Part shown: positions 1 to 53,327 of the stretch, in pieces
Numbering within the stretch: the stretch's first letter is position 1
Layout: the number at the start of each line of letters is the position of its first letter
Assembly (NCBI GenBank): GCA_051362555.1
Contig: CM120649.1
Location: forward strand, 20,040,567-20,104,566
DNA from: Lingula anatina
Taxonomy: Eukaryota > Animalia > Brachiopoda
Reading direction: 5' to 3'
Length of the DNA stretch: 64,000 nucleotides
Program-made: the position numbers and the translations under genes
The notes under the pieces: model-generated
Told to the model about the DNA's origin: nothing
Databases searched by the model: none
What the model saw: only the letters and a program-made list of their open reading frames with translations

Positions 1-224
1 TTAGGGGAGGGGGTCGTATCATCGCCTTATTTAATTAAAAGAGTGACAAAATAGATACGGCAATGACGTAATTAACGAAAATTTTCATTTTTTTTGACAG
101 ATTTTAACGAAATTCTTTAATGACAGACATCCATGTTCTTTTATTTGCTGTATGTTTTCATGTTTACCAGGTACAACAGTACTGTCGTTACTCGGAAATA
201 CTAAAACAGTGCGATTGAAGTAGG

Positions 225-1878
225 ATGAAGACCACTCTAATCTTGATTATTGCAGGTAGGCATTTTTTAAAACAAATATGACGTTTTGTTTGCTACAATT
301 GATGTCATAGCGCAAAACATATACAAGGAACTTTCCTGTGCTATGGCTACCATCAGTTCATTGTTTTCTTTGGTATGGGACTATATCCCGCGACTAGTGT
401 TCAATCATAGAACGTTAGGATATAATAGAACATTTAAATATTGTCCAATGTTATATAAGTAAACTCAGTGTCACTACACCGAATGTTACCCGACAGGGCT
501 AGCCTACGTTTTTAAAGATATGTTAGTATAACATAAAATCCGCTACCGATTTCCAGGTGCGTGGACCTGCACGTGCACAAATATCGCTCTTTCTCGCGCG
601 AAGAGGGACTATAGCCAACTTGCCGCAATGATAGCCCACACGACGGGAAGAGCTGGCTTAGATTATTACGGCTATGGCTGCTGGTGCGGGCTGGTAGGCA
701 GGGGGCAGCCGAAAGACGGAGTGGACAGGTATGGTGAAGTTTATTATAGGCACACGTTTGTGGACAGGTACGATGGATTTCCATTAATAGTATAAGTTTG
801 TACCCGCATGGTGTGACTGTCAAATTCGCAGAGCAGAAAATAACACAACTCAAGGGAATAGCCCTTTTTTAATGTACTTCCTTGTCTAACTCTAAGGTGC
901 TATGCAGGTTGCATTCATTCTTTCGTTGAAAAATAAACCTGCTATTTTTTCAATAATAAATAAACCTTGCCTGGATGGCCCGCTTGTGGCCCGTACCACA
1001 AGTGTGTGTGTATGACTGTGTTTATAATATATCACTGTCCACTTGCAGGTGTTGTCAAACGTTAGCCAGGTGCTACGAGGCCCTGTCCAGGAAATGGTGT
1101 CTTCTACCTATTTGGCAAGCCTACAACTTTCACCTGAAGACTGGGATCGTGTGCGGTATGTTGACTTACTTGTCTCTTAAAGTTTACCGGTACAAACTTA
1201 TGTCTACTCCGTCTTACAGGGTTGAAGCAACCTCTACCAAGAAAACGATTTTAGCGGAGGCAACTTTTTAAACCCATTAAATCATCACAAAGATGCGTGG
1301 CATCACGAAAAGCTGCCCTCGCAACGAGTATTGCTCTAGAATCGAAAAGCAGTCCTGAATGCACGTGTTGACACCATAAGTTGCCATTATATACAAAGCA
1401 ACTCTGAATGGATTCTACCACTTCATGTATGCGTCCTCCTTGAATCATCGCTTCTTGACGTCTGGATAGATTCTCTTCACTGATACTTCCTATACGACAA
1501 TAGATAGATATATGATAGATAGGTAGATAGATAGACAGACAGACAGACAGATAGATAGATAGATAGATAGATGGCACATGGCAGGATAGTTAAATGGTCC
1601 ATGTAGTTTCTCAGTAGTGAGATGCCAAGCATACGTTTATGTGCATATCCAGTCTGCGAACACCTATAGGTTTGAAAACTCCTTCTTTGGAAATGATCAT
1701 CAAAAAGGAAAACATAAAATATTGTGTTTGATTAATACATATATGTTTTTTTATTTCAGACGGCAACAAAAACAATCGCTGTGAACAAGGAGCCTGTGAA
1801 TGCGACAAGGCAGCAGCTGATTGCGCCGCTCGGCACACCTACCACAACCAGTACAAGAACTGGATGGGGATTTGTTAA
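225..1878 (+). CDS. Secreted phospholipase A2 homolog (group I/II/X-like fold), predicted catalytically inactive; 4 coding exons 225-255, 557-728, 1049-1155, 1760-1878; 142 aa
   Basis: GT-AG exons join in frame: MKTTLILIIAGAWTCTCTNIALSRAKR / [115 protein letters not shown]. It has a signal peptide, a propeptide ending RAKR, the YGCWCG loop and CECD. Exon phases and the 107-nt third exon match the neighbouring PLA2. AATAAA at 2000-2005. Confidence 0.9.
1500..1571. repeat. (GATA)n/(GACA)n tetranucleotide microsatellite
   Basis: Directly visible in PLA2-1 intron 3. Confidence 0.95.
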
Positions 1879-2658
1879 AATTAATACAGAATGTTCTTGT
1901 CATCTTTGTTTAAAATAGAAATGGAATAATTTGTTGTAATTTCCCATAGTTTCAACGCTTCATATTGATGTAACTCCATATTTCTTTATGATTGTATGAA
2001 ATAAAACAAACATGTCGGACAATGAAAATGGAATACTTTCTTTTTTCACCAAGGTCACCCGTCTTCACTCATTTAAGCGTATTTATAAGCAAAATGACTA
2101 GACGCCAACATTATAGAAATGTTTCTTAAACTATTTCCTTCATCAACCACATTTCCTCATTTGGTTTTTTAAGCGCTGGCTTCGGTTTGGAATCCACATA
2201 CATTTATGGTCAGTACCTTAAGTAGACTATGGGGAAATAACATCACTGGTGACCAGGCAATTAACATACCCTGTGTATTACCTGTGTTTTACCTATGTAC
2301 ACTCCGTAGGCACTGCTATACTAATAGGATATGATACTGTTACATACACCTAGCTATACACATCCTTAATCATATCATCACGTCACATTACTCGTAGCCA
2401 CTCGGTGAATATATCTTGTGTTTTATTTCACTTTAATTCTAAGAATAATCCACAAAATGTTGGGCTAGGCAGCCTTAATAGATGATGTGACAAAATAAGG
2501 TCCGGTTACAAATGGTGGATCTGATGAATGTTAGGTGAATACATAACTGCGGTGAACATCACGTTGTCCCGCTGAGTGATATAAATGTGCCAATCTACAC
2601 TGCGCTTTAATTGACATAAAATTAAAATTACAGTAAGTGAGCTCAAAGACCGAGAGAA

Positions 2659-2793
2659 ATGAAAACAGCATTGACGATATTCACTATAGGTAAGTTAGTG
2701 TGGAAAACAATTGGTGTTGACTTCTTCAGTCTCATTATTAGATTTTTTAATTTTTTAATTAAACTTAATGACCGTTTGATTTATCATTGTTTG

Positions 2794-2840
<47 letters not shown>

Positions 2841-3332
2841 ATATTTTTACCAGCACTGTCGTCTGAGCGTTGTGTACCATATGGTGATTAATTAATCAAA
2901 CTAGTTCGAAAATGTACAAGTACCTTCTAAAATTACGAATTAATCTTAATCCCAAAGCATGCAAACTGAAATCACCAGTTCCTAGGGGAGTACTTAGAAT
3001 AAGTAAAATGAAACTACATTGTCGTTTGAGGTGTAAGTATTTTTATTCCAATGTGTGCAACATAATATAAGTCAATTTCAGTGTTGAAGGATTAAAAGTT
3101 AAGTTTTAAGATTTGTTTTTAAAATGACAAGAACCAGTGAAACAGCTGAACACATGTGCAGCGGCCGCTCACTCCAGATACTACGGACTGTGATGGTAAA
3201 GACACAGCGGTCTTTATGATACTAGTGTTTTGCATCATTTAAACTGAAGAAATATAAACTGAAGAAAAGGTGGACACTGAAAAAACTGAACAAGCGTGAT
3301 TAAGTGGGGCTAAATGTAAGCAAAATAAGTGC

Positions 3333-3371
<39 letters not shown>

Positions 3372-3637
3372 TTTTATACTCTTTATTGTCTTGCAATATT
3401 ATGGAATTATTTTATTATTTGCAGCGTTTGGTGCATGCTTCCTGTACATCAGCCTGACTCGTGGTGAAGTTCACCCTCGTCCAAAGAGAAACGTGTTCCA
3501 GTTTGCTACTATGATCATAGCAACCACAGGGAGGAATCCCTTTGACTACAACGGCTACGGCTGCTGGTGTGGTCTGGGGGGGAAGGGAAAACCCAAGGAC
3601 GAGGTGGACAGGTGAGAGAGAGAGAGAGACAGCGTGT

Positions 3638-3692
<55 letters not shown>

Positions 3693-3698
3693 TGCGTG

Positions 3699-3735
<37 letters not shown>

Positions 3736-4690
3736 TAGAGGGAAAGAGAGAGAGAGAGTGCGTGTCCGTGTGTGTGTGTGTGATAGAGAGAAAGAGAGAG
3801 AGACACAGGTGGGAGAGAGAGACATTGTTTATTATTTTGGCTATACGGTGCCATTAACAATTATTTTCCTTCAAGGTGTTGTCAGGTCCATGACTACTGC
3901 TACAAGGCGCTGTATGACCGGGGATGTTTTAGTCCTGTGTTGAACGGGTATAAGTACACGCTGGAAGAGAACATCATCTGTCGTAAGTTACCTTATTCTG
4001 CTCCCGTTAGCTAGGAAATGTATCTGTTTATCTCACGTGTATCACACCTGGCACTGGGACTGGCAAACCTGGATGCCAATTGTTTGCTGTGTAAATTCTT
4101 ACCTTCATGTTGCTTTCTCCGATTGTCGGATCGCCATTACACATAGCTTGTCAAGGTTTTGCACAAATTTAGATATAAGGGCAAACGTAAGAAAAGAAAT
4201 TCTGTTTTTATAAACTTATCCCCATTTCCTCGAAATCATTTGTCTTGCACATTGCTTATCTTGCTTGTGATATTTATCTTTTGTCATTCGATATGCTAAT
4301 TTCACGGGAGACTGTAAATTCAACCTAACACACCTGCAAGATATCTCACACCTTGATTAGATGGCAACATAAACAATATGAAATGAAAGGAGGTTATCAG
4401 CTGTGCATACACCCACGTGTCCCTCCCCCCCCCTCCCTGTATTCTCTACCGGCTACTTCTACGCAAACGTGCCCCACTCACCTTCCCACTCGTGCTCCCC
4501 TTCCTACTCCTCAGCTAAATCCTGGATTAGACACTGTGTATTAAATATTGGATCCCTTTCTCTTTCAGGTAAGGACAAAAACGACGATTGTGAGCAGGGA
4601 GGGTGTGAATGCGACAGAGAAGCAGCGCATTGCTTCGGCAATAACACCTACCACAAACAATACAAGCGCTGGCCACAGAGACGTTGCTAA
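2659..4690 (+). CDS. Secreted phospholipase A2, canonical active site; 4 coding exons 2659-2689, 3425-3611, 3876-3982, 4569-4690; 148 aa
   Basis: Spliced [35 protein letters not shown] / [116 protein letters not shown]. Ca2+ loop YGCWCGLGG, CCxxHDxCY, CECD, 12 Cys. AATAAA at 4798-4803. Confidence 0.95.
2794..2837. repeat. (ATA)n microsatellite
   Basis: Directly visible; source of the poly-Ile ORF artefact. Confidence 0.95.
3614..3822. repeat. Compound (GA)n/(GT)n microsatellite (a smaller one lies at about 3330-3370)
   Basis: Directly visible in PLA2-2 introns. Confidence 0.95.
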
Positions 4691-5521
4691 TGCTGCACAC
4701 AGACAAGACAAGACCAACAGGGCGTCCTGTCCGCGGAAAGACGTTATGAATTATCTCGCATTTTGCTCTAAATTATTGTTCAGTGTGTATTATTTAAAAT
4801 AAAATATAACTTCAAAATAAGATAAAACGCTCTTTTTTTTTTTACAAATATTTTGTATTTTGGGAAAGTTTTGTAAGATAACAAAATGTGGTGAAGTATC
4901 CCTAAAATTGGGTACAAATGGTAACCCATTTGTGACCTATTCTGAAAATTCAAGTAAAAAAAAAAATCAAAATCCATCGATAACTTATTGATTTAGGCTG
5001 CTGTTGAACAGACAGACACACAAAACGAAACCAAAAAACATAAAAGTATCAAGGAAGCAGCAATAATGGTGGTGGCCATACTTTAGTACTCTATTTCTAT
5101 CCTTATGCCCGCGACCAGGAAAATTTTTTTAGGACAACATTTTTTCAGAGTGTGTGTATTTAGTAGTCCGATATGGCTATTTTTTTTTTTTTTTTTTTTT
5201 AATAAATTTTCGATTTGATTTTTTTTTTTTTTGAAATGTAACTGTTACATGATGATTCTAAAAAAACTGACAAAATCAAGGTGTCGTTATATCTAAAATT
5301 CAGGCTTATCAAAATTTTTATGAGGACCATAACATCCTGACTCGGACCCCCCCAAATTGGGAAAATGGTGGCCCGAATGGTCAGTAAGCTTAAAACGTTT
5401 CTGGCACAGACTGGCAAGATTTCCTGCATAAGGCGGTGTCTAGATTCGTTTCAAATAAATGTTTTTAGCCAACTCTGGGATTTAAACTGTTTGATTTTTC
5501 CAGCTTGCCATGTAATGCCTA

Positions 5522-5530
5522 CCCCCCCCC

Positions 5531-5605
<75 letters not shown>
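5522..5605. repeat. C-run plus (CT)n(CA)n compound microsatellite; (AAAAT)n at about 5906-5950
   Basis: Directly visible. Confidence 0.95.
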
Positions 5606-5607
<2 letters not shown>

Positions 5608-6258
5608 TTAGTCATAATAGTGCGGTGGCTGTTAATGTGGCTGTACCTTCTTCAGACCCAGATAGATAAAACTTTTTTACTTTCTATGCTCTGGTTTACA
5701 CATTGCCAATCAAATCCTATGCAAACCGCTGTCCTTACTGGGGTCATGTATACATGTGTACACAAACCCACATCTCGCACAGAGACGAGACCCGGGACCA
5801 CCGCCATCTTGATAGCTGTAGTTATTGGAGCTGGATTAATGCAGGACAGTGAAGTGGTGCTGGAATACCCCAGCTTCAGTGAAATGGCAGACAGATGATA
5901 TTTGGAAAATAAAATAAAATAAAATAAAATAAAATAAAATAAAATAAAAAGAAGATGATTAGATGAATTTAAAAAACTTTATAGAAAAACACTAACCGAT
6001 TAAGGACTGAGATGCATCAGAAAACAAAACATTTACGGTACTACGGGTTAAACTGCCTTAGTGTCTGCATTATGCTCTATTCTGCTACTGACACTGCTAC
6101 ATTATGACATCATGACGAACGCTCATACACATAGTTATCAGTTATGACACTGGGCCTTTCATCTTGCGCAATCATCTCTACCTGACCTCGCGCTCCTTCT
6201 GATAAGTAAATTTGCCGTCAACAGCGCCTCTAAAACTTCCTTATCCAGGTGAACCAAC

Positions 6259-16600
<10,342 letters not shown>

Positions 16601-18249
16601 ATAGCTCCACCGGTGACCTGTGGCACCTGCTAAACTGCCACTGCGTGTATTAATAATTACAATATGGCCATTTCTATCAATATTTTAGCCTGTTGGGCCA
16701 AAGAACATGATCAAAACTTAATACGTTTATTAAGCCAACACTAATGCAAACAGTATTATTCATTATCATTATTAATATTAATTTTTTGTGAATGGCCTAA
16801 GGTAGAATCGAGTTATATTTTGACGTAATATTGAGCCTACTGACCGTGTGGTGAAAGTGGTTCATTAATCGAGTCACTTGGATCCCATACCTTGATTTAT
16901 ACGATATTAGGGAAACGTTCATTTGCTTAAAACACATGGCGAGATATATACGTAGATGTATTGTTTTTATTTCCGGATCGATCGGGACATTAGCACGGGA
17001 GGTACAATCATTGCGTCATTAGGTATATTACAGATTTTAATATATCCACAAATATGATCTTCAATCAGAAAGATGGAGTTTTTAGAAGCCATATTTAGAA
17101 TAGTTTAGAAACAGTTTAGAGGCCATGTCCTTTTTTAAAAATCAGTTACAAATTATCGTTGGATTTTAAGCACCAGCATTAGAGTAACGTTGTAGCACAT
17201 TTACAAAATTCTCGTCACACGTGAAATTCTAGTATTAGTAGCATAACGAGGATAAGGCTTTTGGAACCAATTGTAAAGTACATTTAAGTCGTTGATAAAT
17301 ATATTAATTGTGAGAAATATCTGCACAGTTGTCTGTCTCTTGTTGATGCACCACACATCAGTCGTGGTATGGGGTGTAATGATTTGGCTATAATGGTGTA
17401 CGCAAGTTGGTAGCGGCCAACGGGAATCTTAACACGCGCCAATATATAGTACTAGAAAGGAACGTATAAAAATTTGAAGAATATCTCTGAGGACCGTGAA
17501 CACCCAGTTCTTATTCAGTATGATAACGTTATTCCACAAACAGACAACGCAACAAACCCGAACTAATGAAGTGAGAACCAGATCCAGAACCACCAATGAC
17601 CAGTTCAGTTTCAAGATCAGAGTATCATTGGCGATGTGAGGGATGTCAGAGAGGGGAGTTTGCATGGATTACCATGCAAACAAAAATTATTCCATGTCAT
17701 CAATATACCGGGCGTGGATTACCATCCCTCAGAAAACTGTACAGAACCTTTTGACTCCATGCACAGGCGCCTGAGGTGCGTTCTCCAATCCAGATGATAC
17801 TGTACAAATTACTAAGATTTCTTTCTATGCACATTTTATTCATAAGTTCTACAACAAGTGAAATTCTGTGACAAAAACACTTCTAGAAGGTTATTAAACA
17901 GCCACTGGTCGATGACACTTCCATATCTGTTCTGGCGCCTATGACTCTCTCCTGATGGCCTTTTGCCCCCCCCCCCCCCTACAAATACCTTTCCCCCTTG
18001 CCCTGTCCCTCATTCGATCCCCTCAAACGTCACTCATGTCCTCGTCACTGCCTTTTCCTTGAATATTATTTTTATCATTTTAACTATTATTATCTTATTA
18101 TCTTATATTATTTTCGTTGTTTTTATTATTTTTATAATTTAAATTCAAAGGTGAGCATGTAATGCCTTGGCAAATTGCCACCTGCAATTATACTGCAACG
18201 ATATTTAACCTTCATGAGAATAAAGATGTTTAAAAAATAAGCATTTATT

Positions 18250-18671
18250 GAAAAGCACGCAGACCTAAATCTCGCGTGAGACAACAAGAGCTCAAAATAG
18301 CTTTAATGTATGCATCTACATCAGATTTGTTCACGAAGATGACGTTACTCTGGCCTAGATTATCAGATTGAAAGAAGTGATTATATGCAGCTATATAAAT
18401 ACAACAGAAGTGAAGCGTGGGTTTGAATTAAGTACAGCCCACTGCACACATATTGATGATAAAAATTCCTCTCTGTCTGGGTAACTGTTAGTGTTCCAGA
18501 TTTTACCAGAGTAATAACTAATTAGTCTAACATGCATTTGTTTTCTCAAGTGTAGGATTAGCTGGTTGCTTCTGCGTCTTGTATGCTCCCACTCTCTTCT
18601 TGCGCCTTACTGTCTTGTAGACAATGACAGAGACGACAACAACCAGCAAGATGGCGCCAAGGGCCGATGCC
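18250..18671 (-). pseudogene. Orphan fragment of the paralog C-type terminal exon (TM plus tail) with its 3' flank
   Basis: The minus strand of 18527-18671 reads ASALGAILLVVVVSVIVYKTVRRKKRVGAYKTQKQPANPTLEKTNAC*, near-identical to 36432-36577. 18290-18526 matches 36210-36431. The fragment is truncated before the splice acceptor. Confidence 0.88.
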
Positions 18672-19741
18672 ATTTGAATAAATTAGAATTAATGTTATAA
18701 AATATAGCTATTTTCATCGCTATTTTGTATATTCTGAACTATTAATCATGTACATATGGTATCTGAAATAAAAAGCATTGTTTAGAGCAATGTACACCTT
18801 TGAGGTGATCATTTGTTAATAAAAGCACATTGATTTGTGGGTGGGACGTCGTATATTTTATAGGATAGACCACAAAATTAGATTTCAATGAACACGAAAT
18901 AATTGTAAATGAGATGCAAAAAAATATTTAATTGTGTTTTCTTTAAGTCTATTTTCAGATTGATTGAGACTTTGAAAGGATAGTCCGTTGGTCTGTTGGT
19001 AAATGCCCGGATATAGAGTAAACAGCAGACGAGAGACGTGGCCAATCATCTAACAGCTTCCTTTCCAGATCTTGTACTTATCGTACTCCAAGTTCTCAGC
19101 GGTCATTTCCGCCGCAATATTTAATTGGAAATAAAAGAGTGGAGCCTATGGCAAACCCTTATTTTCACGAAATGTCCCGGGGCCTGCGTCATAAATGTTT
19201 AAGTTTTATCTATGGTTACACCTTTTAAACTGGATAGCCTATTAACTACATACAAACGCTTTGGTCTAAGACGGTTATAGTACCTACTACAGACTGCCTT
19301 ACTTTAATATCATAGTCAAAGGATAATTTGAGGATATTTCATGTTGATGCTTTGTAGCACGTGTTCTACAAAAAAAGTCCCCAGTTGATAGATGGTCGGC
19401 ACTGGTCAATGCCGACTTCTTTTTTAGGGCGATGGTGAAATATCCCAAATCCAGGGATAAGATAGGAAAATAATACATAAACAATAGGATAAAAAGATAA
19501 GATGACTAAATGAATCAGTAAAAACCAAACCTTAGAAAAAATCTAAATAGATTAAAGATTAAACTTCATCACAAAAACCAAAATATTACCATACCATGCA
19601 TTAATATGTTGCTGGCATGGCAACAGTATGACATCATGAGTCAGACCGCGCAATTATCTCTACCTGACCTCAAGCTCCTTCTGATAAGTAAAGTTACCGT
19701 CAACAGCGTCTTCCAAAACTTCCTGATCCAGGTGAACCAAC

Positions 19742-34016
<14,275 letters not shown>

Positions 34017-36431
34017 ACAGCTCCACCGGTGACCTGTGGCACCTGCTAAACTACCGCTGTGTGTGTTGATAATTACAATGTGGCCATTTATATCGCTATT
34101 TTAGCCTGTTGGACCATAGAACATGATCAAATACTTCATTATCATTATTAATTTTTCTGTGATTGGCCTTAAAGAAGAATACAATTTTGAATATATTTTG
34201 ACGTAATATTGAGCCTACTGACCGTGTGGTGAAAGTGGTTAATTAATCGAGTCACTTGAATCCCATACCTTGATTTACACGATATTAGGGGCACGTAAAT
34301 TTGCTAAAAACACCTGACGAGGTGTATACGTAGATGTACTGTTACATTTCTGGATCAACTGGGACATTAGCACGGGAGGTACAATCATTGCGTCATTAAG
34401 TATATTACAGATTTTAATATATCCACAAATATGATCTTCAATCAGAATGATGAAGTTTTTCAAAAGCCATGTTGAGAACAGTTTAGAAACAGTTTAGAGG
34501 CCATGTCCTTTTTTAAAAATCAGTTACAAATTATCGTTGGATTTTAAGCACCAGCATTAGAGTAACGTTGCAGCACATTTACAAAATTCTCGTCACACGT
34601 GAAATTTTAGTATAAGTAGCATAACGAGGATAAGGCTTTTGGAACAATTGTAAAGTATATTTGAGTCGTTGATAAATAAATGTTTAATTGTGAGAAATAT
34701 CTGCACATTTGTCTGTCTCTTGTTGACGCACCACACATCAGTCGTGGTATGGGGTATAATGATTTGGCTATCATGGTGTACGCAAGTTGATAGCGGCCAA
34801 CGGGAATCTTAACACGCGCCAATATATAGTACTAGAAAGGAACGTATAAAAATTTTAAGAATATCTCTGGGGACCGTGAACACCCAGTTCTAATTCAGTA
34901 TGATAATGTTACTCAACAAACAGACAACGCAACAAACCCGAACTAATGAAGTGACAACCAGATCTAGAACCACCAATGACCAGTTTAATTTTAAGATCAG
35001 AGCATCATTGGCAATGTGAGGGATTCTGAGGAATAACCCTGCAAACTAAAATTATTCCATGTCATCAATATACCGGGCGTGGAACACCATCCCTCAGCAA
35101 ACTGTACAGAACCTTTTGACTCTATGCACAGGCACCTGACATGCGTCAGAGGGTACTGTACAAATTACTAAGATTTATTTCTATGCAGAGTTTATTCATA
35201 CATGTAAGTTGTACAACAAGTGAAATTTCGTGACACAAAAACTTCTAGAAGGTTATTAAACAGCCACTGGTCGATGACACTTTTAATTAGACTACAGTAT
35301 AGATACAAGTAAACGTGTATAGCTGGTGTATGTTTTTTTCTTGTTGAGACAATTTTGACCTAATCATCCGATATATTTAGCCATCTGTCTTTTATTTTTA
35401 AAATAGGTTACGCAGTTCCCCTTTGTGTTTCCCCCCACTCTCCTCCAGCTTGGCGGTCATTTGGGTTCCTCTGCTTGGAATACTGGTTCGCCGCGTGAAA
35501 TCAGAAATACAGATCTCTTTACATTTCCCCTAAGTTCTTCAAAATGAAAGACATATTTCTATCTCATTCTCACAATGGAAAATATAGTGTCCAAAGTTTA
35601 GGGCACATAAATGACCGCAAATGCTTAAAGAAATGTAACTTAATTGAAACTTAATGTATTGACAATTGAAAAGAATTAGGCGTAGATCGCCATCACCGTA
35701 TGACTTCACTGGTCTTTTGTTCACTTAGATGTGAATTTCGGTTTCGATTATCAAAATTTAAAGAAGTGAATATATACAGCTATATAAAACCAACAAAAGT
35801 GAAGTGTTGGACACGCATTTCAAACTTAAACATAAATTAAACTCATATGTTACAATGGTTAAAAAGTAAAGACATTGACAGTACGGTTATTTAATAAATG
35901 AAACATTGTCATAAGTTACTGGAATAATATATGATTCTTGACATCTTTATAATAGCTGTGATGTGATGAATATAGTATTATGAAATCACGACAATATTGC
36001 TTTATCTTATGATATTTTTGATATTTTTGCCTTGCGTGCATTTTCATATTGTATTTTCATTTAAATGTGATATTCACTAATTCTGGCACATATACAGAAT
36101 AGCAAAAGTTTTAGGAATTTTAAGTACTTTTATAAGGGTTTGAAAATCACAAACACCTAAATCTCAACGAGAGCTTCCAATAACTTGAATGTATGATATG
36201 TTCACTAAGCTTCAAATAGCTTAAATGTATGCATCTACATCAGATTTGTTCACGAAGATGTCGTTACTCTGGCCTAGATTATCAGATTGAAAGAAGTGAT
36301 TATATGCAGCTATATAAATACAACAGAAGTGAAGTGCGGGTTTGAATTAAGTACACCCCACTGCACACATACTGATGATAAAAATTCCTCACTGTTTGGG
36401 TTAATGCTTGGGTTCCAGAGTTAACCAGAGT

Positions 36432-51194
<14,763 letters not shown>

Positions 51195-52463
51195 GTTGGT
51201 TCACCTGGATCAGGAAGTTTTGGAAGACGCTGTTGACGGTAACTTTACTTATCAGGAGCGTGAGGTCATGACTAGAGATTAGTGCGCGGGCTGACTCACA
51301 ATGTCATACTGTAGCTACGTAATCAGCATTTAAATGCATGTTATGGTCACAGTTTGCTTTTTGTGATGAAGTTTAATCTTAAATGTTTTTCGTTTTTTTT
51401 TTGCAAGATTTTGTTTGTTTGTTTTTTTTATTGATTCATATATTCATCTTTTTATCCTATTGTTTATGTATTATTTTCCTAGCTTATCCCTGGATTTGGG
51501 ATATTTCATAATCGCCCTCAAAACGAAGTCGGCATTGGTCAGTGCCTACCTAACCTTTTTTTTGCAGAACACGTGCTTATCGCCAATAAAAAGCATCAAC
51601 ATGAAATATTATCAAATTACCCCTAGACTATGATATAAAAGCAAGTCTGTCCTCAATGATTTCTAAAATTTAAATTGGGATATCACAGGCTTTGTATTTA
51701 TATAGAGGACGTGTGGCTTATTACATATTTGTGTTTGCACCGTATTTTCTATAACTGAAGAGAAGTTTTAAATTGGTAATAATATTTTTGTATACATACA
51801 AATAATCTTATACTTCATGTTAAACGTGTTGATAACTACGGCGGTCAAAGTATGGAAACATGGGCTGGGGCAGGATTTCTTCGGAAAACCCGCTATCTTT
51901 TGGAGGAGGGCAGAATCTCCAACCGGGTCAATAATCAAAGAGAATATCAGCCAAAGTCTCGCTCTAGGGAAATACAGAGACACCGCAAAAAATTAAATCA
52001 CAAGCAAAGCACAGCTGATTCCATGCCACTTTGAAAAAGGAAGTTAAATTCGTGCAGGCGCTGGCTTAATTATAATGCTATCTTATCTGAGTTTACGTTT
52101 GTCGTCATGGCAGCGCACCGTAAAGTAAATGATCTACAAATACGGTCTGTCAATGACGGATTTTAATTTAAATATTTGCACGTTTGATTTTTAACCTAAC
52201 TAAAAATAGACTGCGTTTAAGGGGTATTACGATACACACTTAATGCCTGATAACATTGCTTTCTAAGAGAATGCATTTTTGTCGTGGTTCGTGTAAAACA
52301 TTTGACTGTGCTCTGTAATCATATCGTCTAGCTTATCATGGATGCAACGGAATTGAATATTTGAATAACAGATAACACATTGCAAAAATATCAATCACCT
52401 AAAAATAATCACCTGTGACAAAAGAAGTCACGAAAGCAAACGTTCTGCTTCGATTAAAATAAG

Positions 52464-53170
52464 CACCACTCCGCATCCACACCGGACACCAGTCCACGTT
52501 CACCCTGGACACCATTCCACGCCCACCCTGGACACCACTCCACGCCCACCCGGACACCAGTCCACGTCCACCCGAACACCAGTCCACATCCACCCTGGAC
52601 ACCAGTCCAGGTCCATCCCGGACACCACTCCTTGTCCACCCTGGACACCAGTCCACGTCCATGTTCACCCTGGACACCACTCCACGCCCACCCTGGACAC
52701 CAGTCCACATCCACCCCGGACACCACTCCACGTCCACCCCAGACACCACTCCACGCCCACCCTGGACACCAGTCCACGTCCACGTCCACCCCGGACACAA
52801 CTCCACGTCCACCCCGGACACCACCCCAGGTCCACCCCGGACACCACTCCACGCCCACCCCGGACACCACTCCACGCCCACTCCGGACACCAGTCCACAT
52901 CCACCCCGGACACAACTCCACGTCCACCCCGGACACCACTCCACGTCCACCCCGGACACCACTCCACGCCCACCCCGGACACCAGTTCACGCCCACCCCG
53001 GACACCACTTCGCGCCCACCCGGACACCAGTCCACGTCCACCCCGGACACCACTCCACGTCCACCCCGGACACCAATTCGCAACCCACCCGGATACCACT
53101 CCACGCCCACCCCGGACACCAGTCCACGTCGCCCCCGCACACAACTCCACGTCCACCCCGGACACCACCC
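52464..53170. repeat. GC-rich minisatellite of about 23 bp (ccccggacaccactccacgtcca), about 30 units
   Basis: Directly visible; generates spurious ORFs in all frames. Followed by (TA)n at about 53260-53325. Confidence 0.95.
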
Positions 53171-53270
53171 AACTGTGCCTAGGCCCTTCACAAGGTTTGT
53201 GACAGCGTCTCGTTTTCTAGGTGCAGCATTCAGGTACCCAATGAAATCACAGGGGTCTCATATATGTATA

Positions 53271-53327
<57 letters not shown>

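Noticed and set aside
1251-1577. 108-aa minus-strand ORF in PLA2-1 intron 3
   Set aside because: It starts in a GATA microsatellite and has no recognisable motif. It could be a TE fragment, but this is unsupported.
3415-3943. ORFs rich in VC/HT/ER repeats (also 5365-5898, 2659-2895 beyond the first exon, 22025-22270, 53264-53488)
   Set aside because: Translations of microsatellites.
17540-18240. Possible LINE 3' fragments with polyA (also about 21995-22500 on the minus strand)
   Set aside because: Only weak resemblance, with no RT motif or clear TSD; cannot be supported without a library search.
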